Positions 48,201 through 61,165 of a DNA stretch of 64,000 nucleotides are shown piece after piece (the first letter of the stretch is position 1; each line of letters starts with the position of its first letter). Position numbers and translations under genes: made by a program. Location of the stretch: positions 58,716,001 to 58,780,000 of the forward strand of contig NC_087437.1 in NCBI RefSeq assembly GCF_036321535.1, written 5' to 3'. This DNA comes from Camelus dromedarius (lineage: Eukaryota). Below the pieces are notes generated by a model. It worked only from the letters and a program-made list of their open reading frames with translations, was not told where the DNA came from and did not search any database.

Positions 48201-48528
48201 AGATGAAAGAATGTGTAGATGGACCATCAGCATTTTATGTCATTCAAGATTATCTGTCTTATTTCATAGCCCTTTCTATTAGGATGTTATGACTGGACTG
48301 TGAAGTCTTTAAAAACAGAATTCATTCTACTTTAACTTCTGTCTCTGACACAGCATGGCAACTGTTCAGTAAATAATTGTTGGACAAAAGCATGGATGGC
48401 CCAGGCACCTTCAAAATACTCTGTACACACCTCTGTCAGTAGGCACTTTACTGCATCTGTCTTCTGAATCAACTAAAAAAGAGTCTGGCAAGTGCTTTTG
48501 TACATAATACATGCTCAATATGTATAGT

Positions 48529-48617
48529 AGAAAGAAAGAGAGGAAGCAACAAAGAAGAAAGAGAGAAAGAAAGAAAGAAAGGGAAAGAAAGAGAGAAAGA
48601 AAGAAAGAAAGGGAAAG

Positions 48618-48708
<91 letters not shown>

Positions 48709-48755
48709 GAGAAAGGAAGGGAGAAAGGAAGAAAAGAAAGGAAGAAAGGAAGAAA

Positions 48756-48825
<70 letters not shown>

Positions 48826-48826
48826 A

Positions 48827-48874
<48 letters not shown>

Positions 48875-48960
48875 AAAAAAGAGAGAGAGAAAGAAAGGGA
48901 GAAAGAAAAAGAGAGAGAGAGAAAGAAAGGGAGAAAGGAAGGGAGAAAGGAAGAGAGAAA
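48529..48960. repeat. Compound (GAAA)n/(GA)n/(GGAA)n polypurine microsatellite
   Basis: Directly visible; 48551-48960 contains only A and G. Confidence 0.98.
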
Positions 48961-51104
48961 TGAACTTGTTCCAACTCTGATGGACACGTTGGCTGCAAGT
49001 TTCAAATCTGAGTTCCCAAAGCCGAAACATCAGAAAGGATCTCCTTGCCCCTTTGTTATCCAGAGACGTCAGAAGAACTTCAGTCCTTCAATGGATGGTC
49101 CATTTCATCTCCAATCACAGGCACAGGAAGCAGGGGATGTGGAAATGAGCTAAGAGAGTCATAGTTCTCTCCCTATAGTGCTGTGCGATAGAACAGATGT
49201 CATAGCAGAGGCCTGGGAAAACGATGACCAAAGCGTTTCCATGCACATCTGATTAGCTGTGAAGGCATAATTATTTCTTAAATGTTGAAAATGAATACTT
49301 ACTAGTGAAGAAGAAGGAATGAGAAATGTCCAGCACAGACCATGAAATCATTTCCCCCGAATGTTGAACATTCAGTGTTCTTTTTCTTTGAAGAATTCAA
49401 ACTAACCTGGAAACTTTAAAATTTTATCATTGTTCTGTGTACTCCCGGGTTCATTAGAACTCCCAGAACTTCTTCCCCACTGGACTGCAAACCCTTTGTC
49501 TGTAACGTCTTCTTTACTCATCTCCTCCCGAGATTAGCCACCTGCTCGACCCCAGATTGCACTCAGCAACGGGGCCTTTTGTTGACAAGATGCAGACTTG
49601 GAAGCTGTGCTGTTTTCACCTGAGGCGCATGAGTACTGAGATGATCAGTCAGCCCTTGTACCCCGGCTGTCCCTCCAGCCCACATGCATCCACTACAGCT
49701 GTGCGGATCTCATAGGAGGGGCTGCCTGTGTTGTTCCTGAATTTTACTTCATTCTCTGTGTCTAGGGAGGGAGAGCAGAGGGGAGGAGAGGGTACGACAT
49801 ATGGTGTTTCTGTTTCCATCCAGTAACCAGCCAAACCATTACAGAATATTAGGTATTTTAAAGAGTGGAAAATCTACTGCAATTTGGCTTACTTAGACAG
49901 AGATATATGATTCTAGAGAGGCGTGAACATTAGGACTAACCTATTTTGGACCAAAAATCTATATTATATTCCAGTAATAAAAATCAGTAAATGCTATATG
50001 TAGAAATAAAGGCTAACCAGTGCCCAAAAGCCAGGGTGGAAATTGATTATGATTACAAAGCTAAATTAAGATTCAAATGCATATAATTTATCCATCAGAT
50101 CCTGATGTAATACTACTGCAGATTTGTAAAATCAAAATCTTTGATATTACATTGTAAAAAAAAATGACGTTTAGAATAAAAAAGGTTAGGATTAATAAAC
50201 TGGAGTTATTTGCTATCATATGTGACTTTTGAAAGCTATTTTCAGGAGTATAATATGCATGTCCATGATGCGTATTCAAAACATTTAGATTCACCAGCTT
50301 ATTTTGAAATGAGAGAAAAAGAATACTCTATCAGAAAATCAGACCTGGAAGAGAACTTCATAATCAGACTGTTCAACACTGTAAAATAAGCAGGTTGACC
50401 TACAGAAGGGGTTTCCAGACTCCAGTTGCTGGACTGGAGCCAGGCTCCTGCAGTGCACTGTCTCACCTGGAAAACTTGTTAAACAGGCAGATTGCCAGGC
50501 TCCATCCCTGGGAGCTCTGAGTCAGCCAACTAGGTCTGGGAACCATTGGATTCAAGCCTCTCTCCCAGACAAGACATTCAAGGAGGCTGTGACACCAGGC
50601 TTAGCCCTGCCCTTCATCACCAGGATGGTCAGAGTGAGGACAGAAATAGCATTAGGGTCCATCTGCACTGGGACTGGCCTCTGTGTTTTAAAGGAATCTG
50701 GGTCCCCAATAGTTGTTCAAACTCCTCGATTCATAGAGGACAGCCTTCTGATGGCCAACTGCAAGCTTATAGCTCCAGCCATCCTGGTCTCATTCATCCA
50801 TTCATATCACAAATAAATACTGAGTGCCTGCTGGGAATGACAGACGAATACAGTTATAACCCGGTGTTTGTGGACAAAGAGCAGGCTGTTAGGGGAGCGT
50901 CTGGGAGGATCACTTCATCAGATCTAGGGGAGTCAGCTGATGATGATGGGTGAGCAGAAGTTAGTCAAAGTGGACCTATCTTGATCCATCCTCTGGAGGT
51001 GGACACATTTCCATTTCCAGCTAGTAAGAGGGGGAAAAAGATTCTGGGGAGGCAAATAGGCAACCAGGCAACCAGGAGTATCTGTCACAGAAGCCATAAA
51101 AATC

Positions 51105-51260
51105 GTTCAGTACACAGTGTCAATATCTTTGTTCTGATAACTGTACCATGGTTATGCAAGATGCTAACATGAAGGAAGCTGGGTGAAGGGTATACAGGAA
51201 CTCTCTGTACTACCCTTGCAACTTTTTTTTTATAAATTAAAAATTATTTCAACCAAAAAA
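51105..51260 (+). mobile_element. Old L1 (L1MB/MC-type) 3' end
   Basis: ctgtaccatggttatgcaagatgctaaca...gggtgaagggtatacaggaactctctgtactacccttgcaact. Confidence 0.75.
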
Positions 51261-51289
51261 CATTTTTAAAAAATAATCATTCAGATAGA

Positions 51290-51960
51290 AAAGATGCGAC
51301 AGACCCAAGGTGGTAACTGCGGGAATAGCTGATGCAGACATATTTGAGAGATATTTAGGAGGTAGAATGGAGAAAATTTAGGAATTGATCAAATGATGGA
51401 GGATAAAGAAGAAGGATGCTTTGGCCAACCGGGGGATATGGAGCAGAGGAGGTGGCATCTGGGGGAAAAGGTAATGACATCAGGTATGCAGACGGTGACT
51501 CTGATGTGTTTGTGAGGGTTTCACGTGGAGGTGGTTGTGAGAGCACTGGGTATGTAAATCTGGGGCTCAGAAGAGGGGTCAGTGTTAGATACAGAGATGT
51601 GGAAATCAACAAGAAACAAATGAGGAAAACATGACCAGGAATGTAATTGAAATAATTGGAGCAGGCAGACTTTTCCTGAACATAGTATGCAGGGTGATAA
51701 ATGAAAAATGGATGGAGGGCAGAGCCTTAAGGAAGGAGTTAGAAAAAGAGTAAGTTGAAAAAAAACATTCAAAGAGGAAGAAAATACACCAGCCCAGCAT
51801 GACATTATGGAAGGGAAGGGAAGGGAAGGGAAGGGAAGGGAAGGGAAGGGAAGGGAAGGGAAGGGAAGGGAAGAAAAAGTTTCAAGAAGGAGGTAAGGTC
51901 AACCCTCAGGAAGGTCAAGCAAGTTAAGAACAGAACTCACTGGGTTATTGGCAACCTCAG
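51290..51960 (-). mobile_element. L2 LINE relic carrying an (AAGGG)n expansion
   Basis: ttgagagatatttaggaggtagaat...ctggggctcagaagagggg...gagggcagagccttaagga...tttcaagaaggagg. Confidence 0.65.
51809..51873. repeat. (AAGGG)12 pentanucleotide microsatellite
   Basis: 12 perfect AAGGG units at 51811-51870. Confidence 0.98.
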
Positions 51961-52104
51961 TGATTTTAATCTTTATCTTCTCACTAAATGTTTTTGACAG
52001 GGCAAAAACAATATGGGGGGAAAAAAAACGATGAATATTTTTAAGTGCCTACTTTAATAAAACAAGTCCTTGGCATCAGTCAGCCTGGTTTTGTGGAGGC
52101 ACCG

Positions 52105-52265
52105 TGTGTGATCTTGGGGTCAGGCAGCCTAAGTTCAAGCTGTGGTTCTGTCACTTGCTAGCTGAATGACCTTGAGTGAGTTACTTAGTTCACCTCTTAA
52201 ACCTCAGTTTCTTCACCTTTAAAATGAGGATGGTAATGTGCATCTAGCTCTTTGAGGATTGCAGA
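52105..52265 (+). mobile_element. MIR SINE relic
   Basis: tctgtcacttgctagctgaatgaccttgagtgagttactt...cctcagtttcttcacctttaaaatgaggat. Confidence 0.8.
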
Positions 52266-52957
52266 TCATGCGTTCTCTTCTGGGCTCTAAAGCACCCCGT
52301 GGACCCATCTACTGAGCCAGTAACCATGATGTACTAAAACCACTTGGTCTTTATGGCCCTCTCCCAAGCCTAGCCTCCAACAGACTGCTAGCTTCTTAAG
52401 GGCCTCTTACTCAACTTTAGTTTCCCCATCCACCAACAAGGAGCAGACACCCTGGATGGGACCTTCATTCTACAGGATCCGAAGGAAGCTTGGGAGGTGG
52501 GCCCTGCCCTAGAAATATCATGAGGAGATTTGCTGTACTGAGATAGCATTGGAAATGCAGGTCTGCAAACTAGATAGTCCAGTGGGACTCCACATGAGTT
52601 TGCAAGGAGCCGAAGGTCATTTGTCAAACTTTGCAAGCAGTCTAACTCTGGAAATCTCAAGGAAAAGATGGCGAATCAGGAAAACTGGCAAGAACATTTG
52701 GCACTAACAACCTCACACAATATGACTCTGAATTTAAAAAAAGAGAAAAAACAAAAGAAAAAAAAAGACATGAAAATCAGGACACACATTCTGATTAAAG
52801 ACTGTCATCAGTTACCAGGTATAAGAAGGATATATGCCTGGATAGCTGGGCATGGGAATTTTCAAGTCATTGGGATAGTTCCGTGAGAAGCATCTGTAAA
52901 GTTAGGGACATCATAGGCTACTGACAAGTAGAAGCTCGGAGTGGCTCACAAGCCCAC

Positions 52958-53405
52958 AGTATGAGTTTCCTAGCGCTGCCATAACAAATCACCACAAACT
53001 GAGTGGCTTAAAACAATAGAAATGTATTGTCTCCCACTTCTGGAGGCCAGAAGTCTGAGATCAAGGTGTCGGCGGGGTTGATTCCTTCTTTGAGATACAG
53101 GGGGAGAATCTGTCCCACGCCTGTCTCCTAGCTTCTGATGACTGCTGGCAATCCTAGATGTTCCTTGATTTTTCGATGCATCACCCCAGTCTCTGTCTCT
53201 ATCTTTGCATGAAATTGTCCCTGTGCCCAAATTTTCCTCTTCTTATAAGGACACCAGTCACTGAATTAGGACCCCGTCCCTGCTATGACCTCGTCTTAAC
53301 TTGGTAACGTCTGCAAAGACCCTGTTTCTAAAGAAGACCACATTCATAAGTAGCTGGAGTTAGGACTTCAACACACTTTTTGAGGAGGCACAATTCACCC
53401 TGCAA
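52958..53405 (-). mobile_element. MLT1B/C-type MaLR solo LTR
   Basis: gctgccataacaaatcaccacaaactgagtggcttaaaacaatagaaatgtatt...tctggaggccagaagtctgagatcaaggtgtcgg...cttataaggacaccagtca...cacaattcaccc. Confidence 0.9.
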
Positions 53406-55693
53406 AAGTCCCAGGCCCTCCTTGCCACTATCCACTAGCATCTGAGAGTTATTTGCAGTTCTTCAAACTGGCCATATTCTCACACTTCCAGGTCTGCACA
53501 CCTGCTGGGCATTCAGCCAGGAATGCTCCTGCCCACCCCTTCTCTTCCACCTGGGTGACTCTCAAAGAGCTTGCAAAACTCAGGGCATTTCCCCTCTTAT
53601 ATGACCCTTTTCCATGACCCTTTTCCTCTCCCACCACCATCTCTCAGAATCAGTTGCTAGATTTTCGGTGCTCCTCCTAACCCATCTGAAGTGTGACGTT
53701 TAGCAAGGCAGATGGTGACAAATTGTTGGCATGTCTGCTCTTCCTACTAGACTCCCAGTTCAGCAAGGACAGAGGCCATATGTTTTTGTCATTGTGTGCC
53801 CTGGCCCCGCTCCACGGTGGACATCTCACCACGTAGGACTCAGCCCTTGCTAGGAGGCTTAACTCAATGCTTGTGGCTTTCCATGGTCTGATTGAACAGG
53901 ACAGCCTGGCCAACCTAAATTGTGCCCTTCCTTCTAGCCCAAACCAGCACTTTCCGTGGGGTCAAGTGTGGGTTGTCAGTGAATTTCCAACCTGATTTCC
54001 TCTGCTCCCAGTCTCCCTGGGAGGTCTCCCTGCTGGACCCAGGCAGGCCCAGCCCGATGATGTGAGTTGACAAGCCAGGCCGGTTGCTCCCCCTGCTTCA
54101 ACGGAGACTGCAAACAACGGCAGTTGGCCCGTGGGTCCCAGTGCCACAATGCAGCATTCAGTGGCTGCTGTGGGGTGCCCCTGTATGTGTGTGGGCAGCT
54201 CGTGGTCCAAGGCCAGCAAAGCCCCATAAAAATGTCAGGCCTGTGCAAAGGCCAACGCTCTTTGGACTTTTTCCCTTTCCTTGCTAGTGGTTTTCTTAGT
54301 CATCTGTCTCCTTAAAATAGTCCTTCCTTCTCTCCATCTGGGATTCCTGCTCTCTGATGCTCTCACCAACAAGCCCAGCAAAGTCAAAGTCAGAAGAGAA
54401 ACCGTGCAGATATTCATGGCATTTCAGAGCTTGAAAGGGCTCAAGAGTATCTTGTCTGATCCTGCTTCCCACAGATGGGGAAACGGAGGCTGGGATGGGA
54501 GAGAGACTTGCCTAAGATCACGTGGAAAAATTCCGAGAGAGAAAGAGGGTTGTGGGAGGCGAGCCTGATTCTCCAACTCAGACAGGCTCTTTCCCTTCAA
54601 TCATACTGTCTCCGCCTGTCTCTTCCAGGAATTAAGAGAGTTAAGGTTTAATTGCCCTTAATAGCAGAACAAACTATGTAAAAATTTCGCTTGAACTCCT
54701 CCTCTGTCTCTGTCCACTTAAAAGCATACTAACTATTCAAAGAGGCACTGTCCCCATTTGAAGGGCCTCCTGCCCAGGACGGAGCAGAGACAGTGTTTGC
54801 TGTCCAGGGTGGTGGCATCAACACATGATTGCCTTAGCGGAGACCACATCTGAGGGAGCATTCTAGAGATAAAAATGGATGTGGATGGTGACTACAAATT
54901 CAAAACAAGCCAATTTAAACCTCCCATGAAAACAAAAACTGGTTCATTCTTCACCATTTATTTATAAGGCCCAAGTGTTCACTTTAATTAAGTGTCTTAA
55001 AAATAAAGGGGGGAAAAGGGATACTTGGATTCCTTTGAAACTCAAGTCAACAAGAGCCAAATTAAACACCAACCCTCTCAATTTGTGGGCGTTGATTCCG
55101 TCACCACTTTCCTTCAGCCCTTCCCCTCCCCGCCATCCCCGAACGTCAGCCCTAATGCAGCAAAAACAGAAGTTCACATCCCGCAGTCTGGCCTCAAGGC
55201 CCCCACCGGGGTCTGCCCCGCTCGCCCTTGTCTGCTCCTACCTCCGGCCTGGCGTTTCTCCTTACTGACCCGCATTCCTTCACCGTCCCTGTCCTGCCCC
55301 TGTTTTACTTTATTGGAATTCCCTCTCCTTCCTTCCTCCCCAGCTGCCCCGCTCCCACTTGCTTCTCTGTCTGCCTGTCTAAATCCTAACTCCACCCTCA
55401 GAGCCGTAAAACAGTCTGCATCTCTCCCGCCTCGCATCTCCTTTGCGGAAAGTCCGGGGCACGCAATCTGCCTCTCCTGTGGAGCACGCGGCTTCCCGCC
55501 TCTTGGTGGATTCTCTCTCTGCTTATTATTCAGATGTTTCCCGAATACCTCCCAGGTGCCAGCCACAGCGCCTGCCCCAAGGAGCTCCCACCCCGACACG
55601 GAAGACAGGGCAGTTATCACAGAGGAGCCACTGCCACTGTCACAGGATTTAAATTTTATTCTGCAGGCAATGGGAAGTCATTGAAGGATTTTT

Positions 55694-55907
55694 TTAAAAC
55701 ATTTTTTTTATTGAGTTATAGTCATTTTACAATGTTGTGTCAATTTCCAGTGCAGAACACAATTTTTCAGTTATACATGAACATTCATTGTAGCATTCTT
55801 TTTCTCCGTGAGCTACCACAAGATCTTGTATGTATTTCCCCGTGCTATACAGTATAATCTTGTTTATCTATTCTGCACATGCCTGTCAAGGAGGCAAGAA
55901 TATACAA
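55694..55907 (-). mobile_element. Younger L1 3' end with short inverted ORF2-like piece
   Basis: ttattgagttatagtcattttacaatgttgtgtcaatttccagtgcag...ccccgtgctatacagtataatcttg; TSD tgaaggattttt at 55682-55693 and 55908-55919. Confidence 0.85.
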
Positions 55908-57439
55908 TGAAGGATTTTTAAAGAGGCAAAGAGGCAAAGCGGCAAAAGGAAGAGATCAGTGTTTTAGGGGGTTTTCTTGGAGCGACGTGGCGGACAGATT
56001 TGGTGACGGTGGGAGTGTGGGCACAAGGATGATGATGGTGCCAGAGGGAAGGTTGAAAGGTTCATTAGGAGGTGATTGCAATAATTCCAGCAAAACCTGG
56101 AATGTCCCAAAGGAGTAACAGAAGGAACATGGAGGAGGGAATATGTGGGCCAGAACTGACAGGAAGTGGTGGTTGTGGGAGGGACTCTGCACGTCTGAGA
56201 CCCCAAGGTTTCAGGCTGGGGTTCCTGTGAGGAGGGTGATGTCAGCCGCTGGCCTGGGAGCCGTGAGGGCAGTGCTGAGCCTGAGGGAAGGACTGCAGTG
56301 CTCGCTGCCGTGTGCGTGGTGGTCGAGGAGACTGGGGGCAGGAAGACAGACATCTGTGGCTGTGAGCTGAGGTCTCCAGCAGGCTGTAGATACTTACAGA
56401 CATATTTCCATACTGGCTCTTGAGGTCAGGAGCAAGGACTGAGAATCACTCCTATTTACCTGTTCATTTTCTTTCTCTTTCAAATATGATAGATTCTCAT
56501 TTGCTCTGTAGATCAATGATGGCTTAAAACTACAAGATACATGATGGAAAGAAGGCAGAGAAATGGGTGGGAGTATAATCACTCTGATTCGCTACTCACA
56601 ACAGCTCCCTGGGCCCAGTTTCTTCACCTACGCCTGAGATGCTGATACCTAGGACACAGAACCACTGTGAGGCCAGGTGTCGCGGTGACACGTGCTCTCA
56701 TCAGCCAGCCGCATGCGTTTGTGGAAGAGGCATTGGCATCAGACTTGAGAGTTTGCAGTTGTACCTCCAGCCATGCCTTTGGGTAAGGCATCTTCCTTTA
56801 CTGGACACTAGTTTCCTCTCTGGTAAACTGAGAAAGACTGGACTGCAGGATCTGGAAGTCCATCTCCAAGTTTAAGATGTCTCTTCCCAGAGACACCATG
56901 AGAAAATACTGATTTAAAGAATTGTACCTCTTTACTCACACCCACCAAGAAATCATGCTTTCCTGTCAAAAAAAAAAAAAAAAGAGAGAGAGAGAAAGAA
57001 TTGTAATCACTCCTGAAACACCTCCGGGCTCACTAAAGGAGGAAAAGGATGGCAAAGTATCTGTCAGATGTCCCTTACTTAAGATAGCCAAGCCTTGGAA
57101 AATTACTCACTGAAGCCTGCTCCTCCCTAGGAGAAAAGTAGTTTGCATTTTCCTTCTTCCACAAACAGGAGATTAGGGATCTCTTAGCACTGGGGATGTC
57201 TATGCATGCAACGATGACAAATGAACTGTATCCACATTTCCTGTCAAATAAGAGTTCACTTTGTGCGAAGAAGGCAGAGATTTTGTAATTGCTGATGCCC
57301 GAGGAAGAGGACGGGGCTGTGGAAGGACAGACACTGTAGATAGGGGTGGAGCCTTGGTGGGGACACTAGGTGGATGGTGGATTCTGCCATGATTGCCCAT
57401 GTTGTGGTGAAGAGATCGCGAGATGGGACGCCTGGCGTG

Positions 57440-57600
57440 ATCTGGCTGGAATCCTGCCTCTGCTACCTCCTCGCGCAAGGACCCGGGGGAGTTACTCAAC
57501 CTCTCTCAGCCTCTGTCTCCTCATCCACAGCATGAGAGCAGTGACACCAACCTGGGGAGACTGTGAGTCTGAGATGAGAGATTGTAGGACCTGGCACAGA
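57440..57600 (+). mobile_element. MIR SINE relic
   Basis: gaatcctgcctctgctacc...gttactcaacctctctcagcctctgtctcctcatcc. Confidence 0.7.
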
Positions 57601-60600
57601 GGATGTGAGGCAGAAGCTCAGCGGCCTCTATAGAGTTAGAAACATTTTTCTTCAATCGTCTTCCACTGTTCCAAACCAAATCCAGGCTGCTGGTGCGTGG
57701 GGGGTGCACCTGGCTGGCTCGGGGTCCTCTGGCTGTGGTGGGGGGGCACTTCCTTTGGACATGCAAAGGATTAGGCTTGCTTCCTGCAGTCTTGGGGAGC
57801 CCTTCATATGCTTCTGCAAGGTGAGGGGGGAAGGCAAACACGGGCCACGTTTTGCAAAGTAGCCTGTGTGTCGGGGCTGGTTGAATGAAACTTTCATGGG
57901 GCCGGTGTTGGCCGGTGAGACTGCATGCTCCGATGTGGACAATTCTCCCTCACGGATCAACCTGAGGACAAGGGTTAATCCTGTTTGTCTGCTCTGTTGT
58001 AGCCTCCCAGGGGCGGGGCACTCCTTCAGGTGAGCCAGCATTTGAATGAAACCCAGGATTTTGTTTTCTGGTGTGGAACAGAGCAGGAAGACATCTGCAT
58101 TTAAATCAAGGCCCGGCCACGACCTTGAACCTCTTCCAGTGCCACCCGCAGGCTGGGGTGGAGGTGTCAGAATGTGTGTTTGGGGGTGGAGGTGTGAGGT
58201 CAGAGGGCACGGTGGGAAAGGATGAGCTCCATTCGGGTGTTTCAGGTTGAGGTTCATTGACTTCTCACCTCGTTTGGGTGCCAGACACAGGTGGAGTGGT
58301 CGGGGGGAATGTGGGTTTTTACATCGAGACGCAGAGGCGACTGAGGAAGACAGGAGCTCTGCATAGGTACACTGCAAAGGGAAACACAAGCATCCAGAGA
58401 GGAGTTCAGAAAAGGGCCCGTGTCCTGGCCATGGTAGACTGCATTCCAGACCCCAGGCCTCACCCTTCTAGCCTCAGGCTTTTAAAGATATTCTGGCTAC
58501 TTTCCTGAAAGAATCCATAGGCTACACACCTTAGTCTGGAAGAAAAAACAAAGCCGTCACCTGCCTGAGAGACAAGCAGAACACATTCATGCCTAATTCA
58601 TTCTCTCAGTGGCAATTTCTGGAGCTTCTGCAGACCTGGACCTTGCCTGCTGCTTCTTTGATTTGTCCTTGGCTTCCTTGGTGACCTAGCATGGGGAAGA
58701 CCTCAGTCAGAGGCTGATGAATGACAAACGAACAAATAAATAAGTGAACAAGTGAACGAATGAGTGGGTAGGACAAAGATGAGCGTGCTGCAGAGGGACA
58801 GTAGGGGACAAAACCCAGAGTCCTCAGTCCCCAGTCAGCCACCTGCTGGAGCAGAGCCAAATGGATGCTCGTACTTGAGCATGCATTGGCTCCACTCCGA
58901 GCCAGTCCCACGTTGGGGAGGAAGTCCAGCCTCCTACCTGGATGAGAATTGACCTCAGATGCCTGGGCTACACTTACCTGGTGGTAAAAATAACCAACAG
59001 TGCAAACGTATCTGCCTTTTAAGTCTCAATGGAGAGTCTGGCTGAGAATTTAAGTGTGAGGACCAGACTGGCCATCTAAGCTGCTTATCACAGAGGCCCA
59101 GACCACCTCTAGTCTGCCACCCCGCCCCTTCCTGCTCCTTCCTCACCTCTCCCACCCCCATTGCTCATCTGCTCTTTCCACACCCTCTACCTGATCTCAG
59201 CACGCTCTTCTCAACCACTCCACATTTCCCCACCTCCCCGGCTTGGCTCATGGATGTCCTTCCACTATCTCTGCCTGCTCAACCGTCAGCCACGTACAGA
59301 AGCCTCACCAAGGACATGCTCCCCAATCCCTCCACTCAAGATTAATCTTCCTCCACTGTGTTCCTGCAGCCTGCCAATTGTACGTCTGCCACTGAGACTC
59401 TTTGATGTGGAGTGGGGCCAGTGGAGCCGGCACCAAGACAGCGTCTGGCTGGGGCAGAAGAAAGGCAAACCAGTGGGCTCCAGGCATCTGTGTGGACTAG
59501 TGGCTGTGCTGTAGGAAAGGCGCGCTGGGTGCTGTGACTCCAGGGCAAGTTTCTGCGATGAAGACAGGGTGGTGCTAATTCAGGAGCCAGCTCTCTGTGG
59601 AGGGAAGCTGCAGGCCAGGGCAGTGTGAGAGACCTTAAGGACTGAGAATATTCCACTGTGGCCTCCCCTTTGGCTTGTCCTGACACTGTTCCTTGTACTA
59701 AAAGTGCTCAGTTTGATTCTCTTCTGAAACAGCCAGGCGAGGCTGTGCTGGGTTTGCACTGGACAAGGGGGCCTCAGCCGTAGCTCTGCTGGGGGTTTCA
59801 CTTGTCCAGAGCAAGGGGCACCTTTCTGTAATCTGCACAGAGGAAGAGTGTGTGCTACAGGCCTGCCTCTGACATTCATAGGGCCCGGAGTAAGAGCACC
59901 AGTGGAGAGCTATACACTTTATGCCTGTTCTTTCAAAGTTGTAAAATCATCTTAAACTATTAATTAAAAGATCTTCTCACTAAGGCCAAGTCTTAATTGG
60001 AAATTCTCAAATTCTGAGATTTTTGCACTGGAATTTAGTAGCACAAAGGGAGCTTACCCCTGACCTGTGTCCGGCCCCTTATTTTCCTCCCCCCAGCAAT
60101 AGCCCTGTCCACAAGGGGATCTGTACCGAAAACTGGACACCTGGCCCAGATGGCTGAGTTCTCTTCTGAGTTCCTTGGTTGTAAGTCTCCCTCGGTTATG
60201 CCCGGGCTGAGGGGTGCACACACCGACTGTGTATTCCTCGGTAGTCCCTGCACCAGGGGTGCACAGACTTGTGGCAAGACTGATACACAGGAGGACAGAC
60301 CTAAGAAAGGCCCATGCAGGCCCTGGAAGTGGTTAGTGGTGTTCTGGCAGGGGATTCAGGGGTTCCAGGTACCCAGGGTAAGGTCTAGAAAGAGAGCACA
60401 GGCTACCGATGGCGGCATGCCCTTGGCCTGTTGGACTCCTTGCCCCTTGGAGATGCCCATGGCCTGTAAAATCTAGGACCCCTCCTGCCCAGTCCTAAGG
60501 AGGGGATTGTAGGATTGCAGCAGCCTCAAGTTCTAAGTGCTACCACTAAGCAGGTGGGGCCAATGAACCAGCAAATTCCAGCTTTCATCTAATGCCCATC

Positions 60601-60994
60601 TGCCCATGGCCAGATGGCAACATTCAGGTGGCACACGTCTGCCCCTCCATCTCGCCCTTGGAGAACAGGTACCTAGTCTTGTCCTTTTTAAATGCACTTT
60701 TTTTTTGGCAACAACAAGCACTGTCCTTCAAGGCCTAAGTGTTCAAGGGTTACTTTTCAACTTTGCTCTGGTCCGTGCCATGAAAACAACCCTGGACTTG
60801 GAAGCAGGACACGTGAGTTCTCTCCCAGCTCTGCCACAGTCACACTGGAGGCTCGACTTTATCAGGTTCCCACCCAGCCCTTACGTTTCTCCATCAATAA
60901 AATAAGGGTATTGGGCTGAACAATTTCCAAGATCCCTTTCAGATCTGAAGGTCTGTGGTTTATGACTCTTGGGAGCGACGTTTTTCCTTATCTG

Positions 60995-61165
60995 TCAGTC
61001 GTTCTTGACCTTGAGTACTCATTAAAATCATCTAGGAAGCTTTAAAAAAAAAAAAATACCAGAGCCCAAGCCCTACCCCTAGAGACTCTGATTCAGTCAT
61101 TCTGGGGTGGGGCCGAGGCCAAAGCTCCACCGAAGACTCAGATGAGTAGCCAAGGTCAAGAGGAC
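60995..61165. mobile_element. MER5-like MITE relic
   Basis: cattaaaatcatctaggaagcttt...cccctagagactctgattcagtcattctggggtggggcc...ggtcaagaggactgctg. Confidence 0.7.

Noticed and set aside
48411..49030. ORFs of poly-ERKK / poly-FLSF type
   Set aside because: Translations of the (GAAA)n microsatellite
55025..55684. 219-aa ORF
   Set aside because: Pro/Ser-rich, overlaps L2-like degenerate sequence, no homology recognised
57652..58389. 245-aa minus-strand ORF
   Set aside because: No recognisable domain or exon structure
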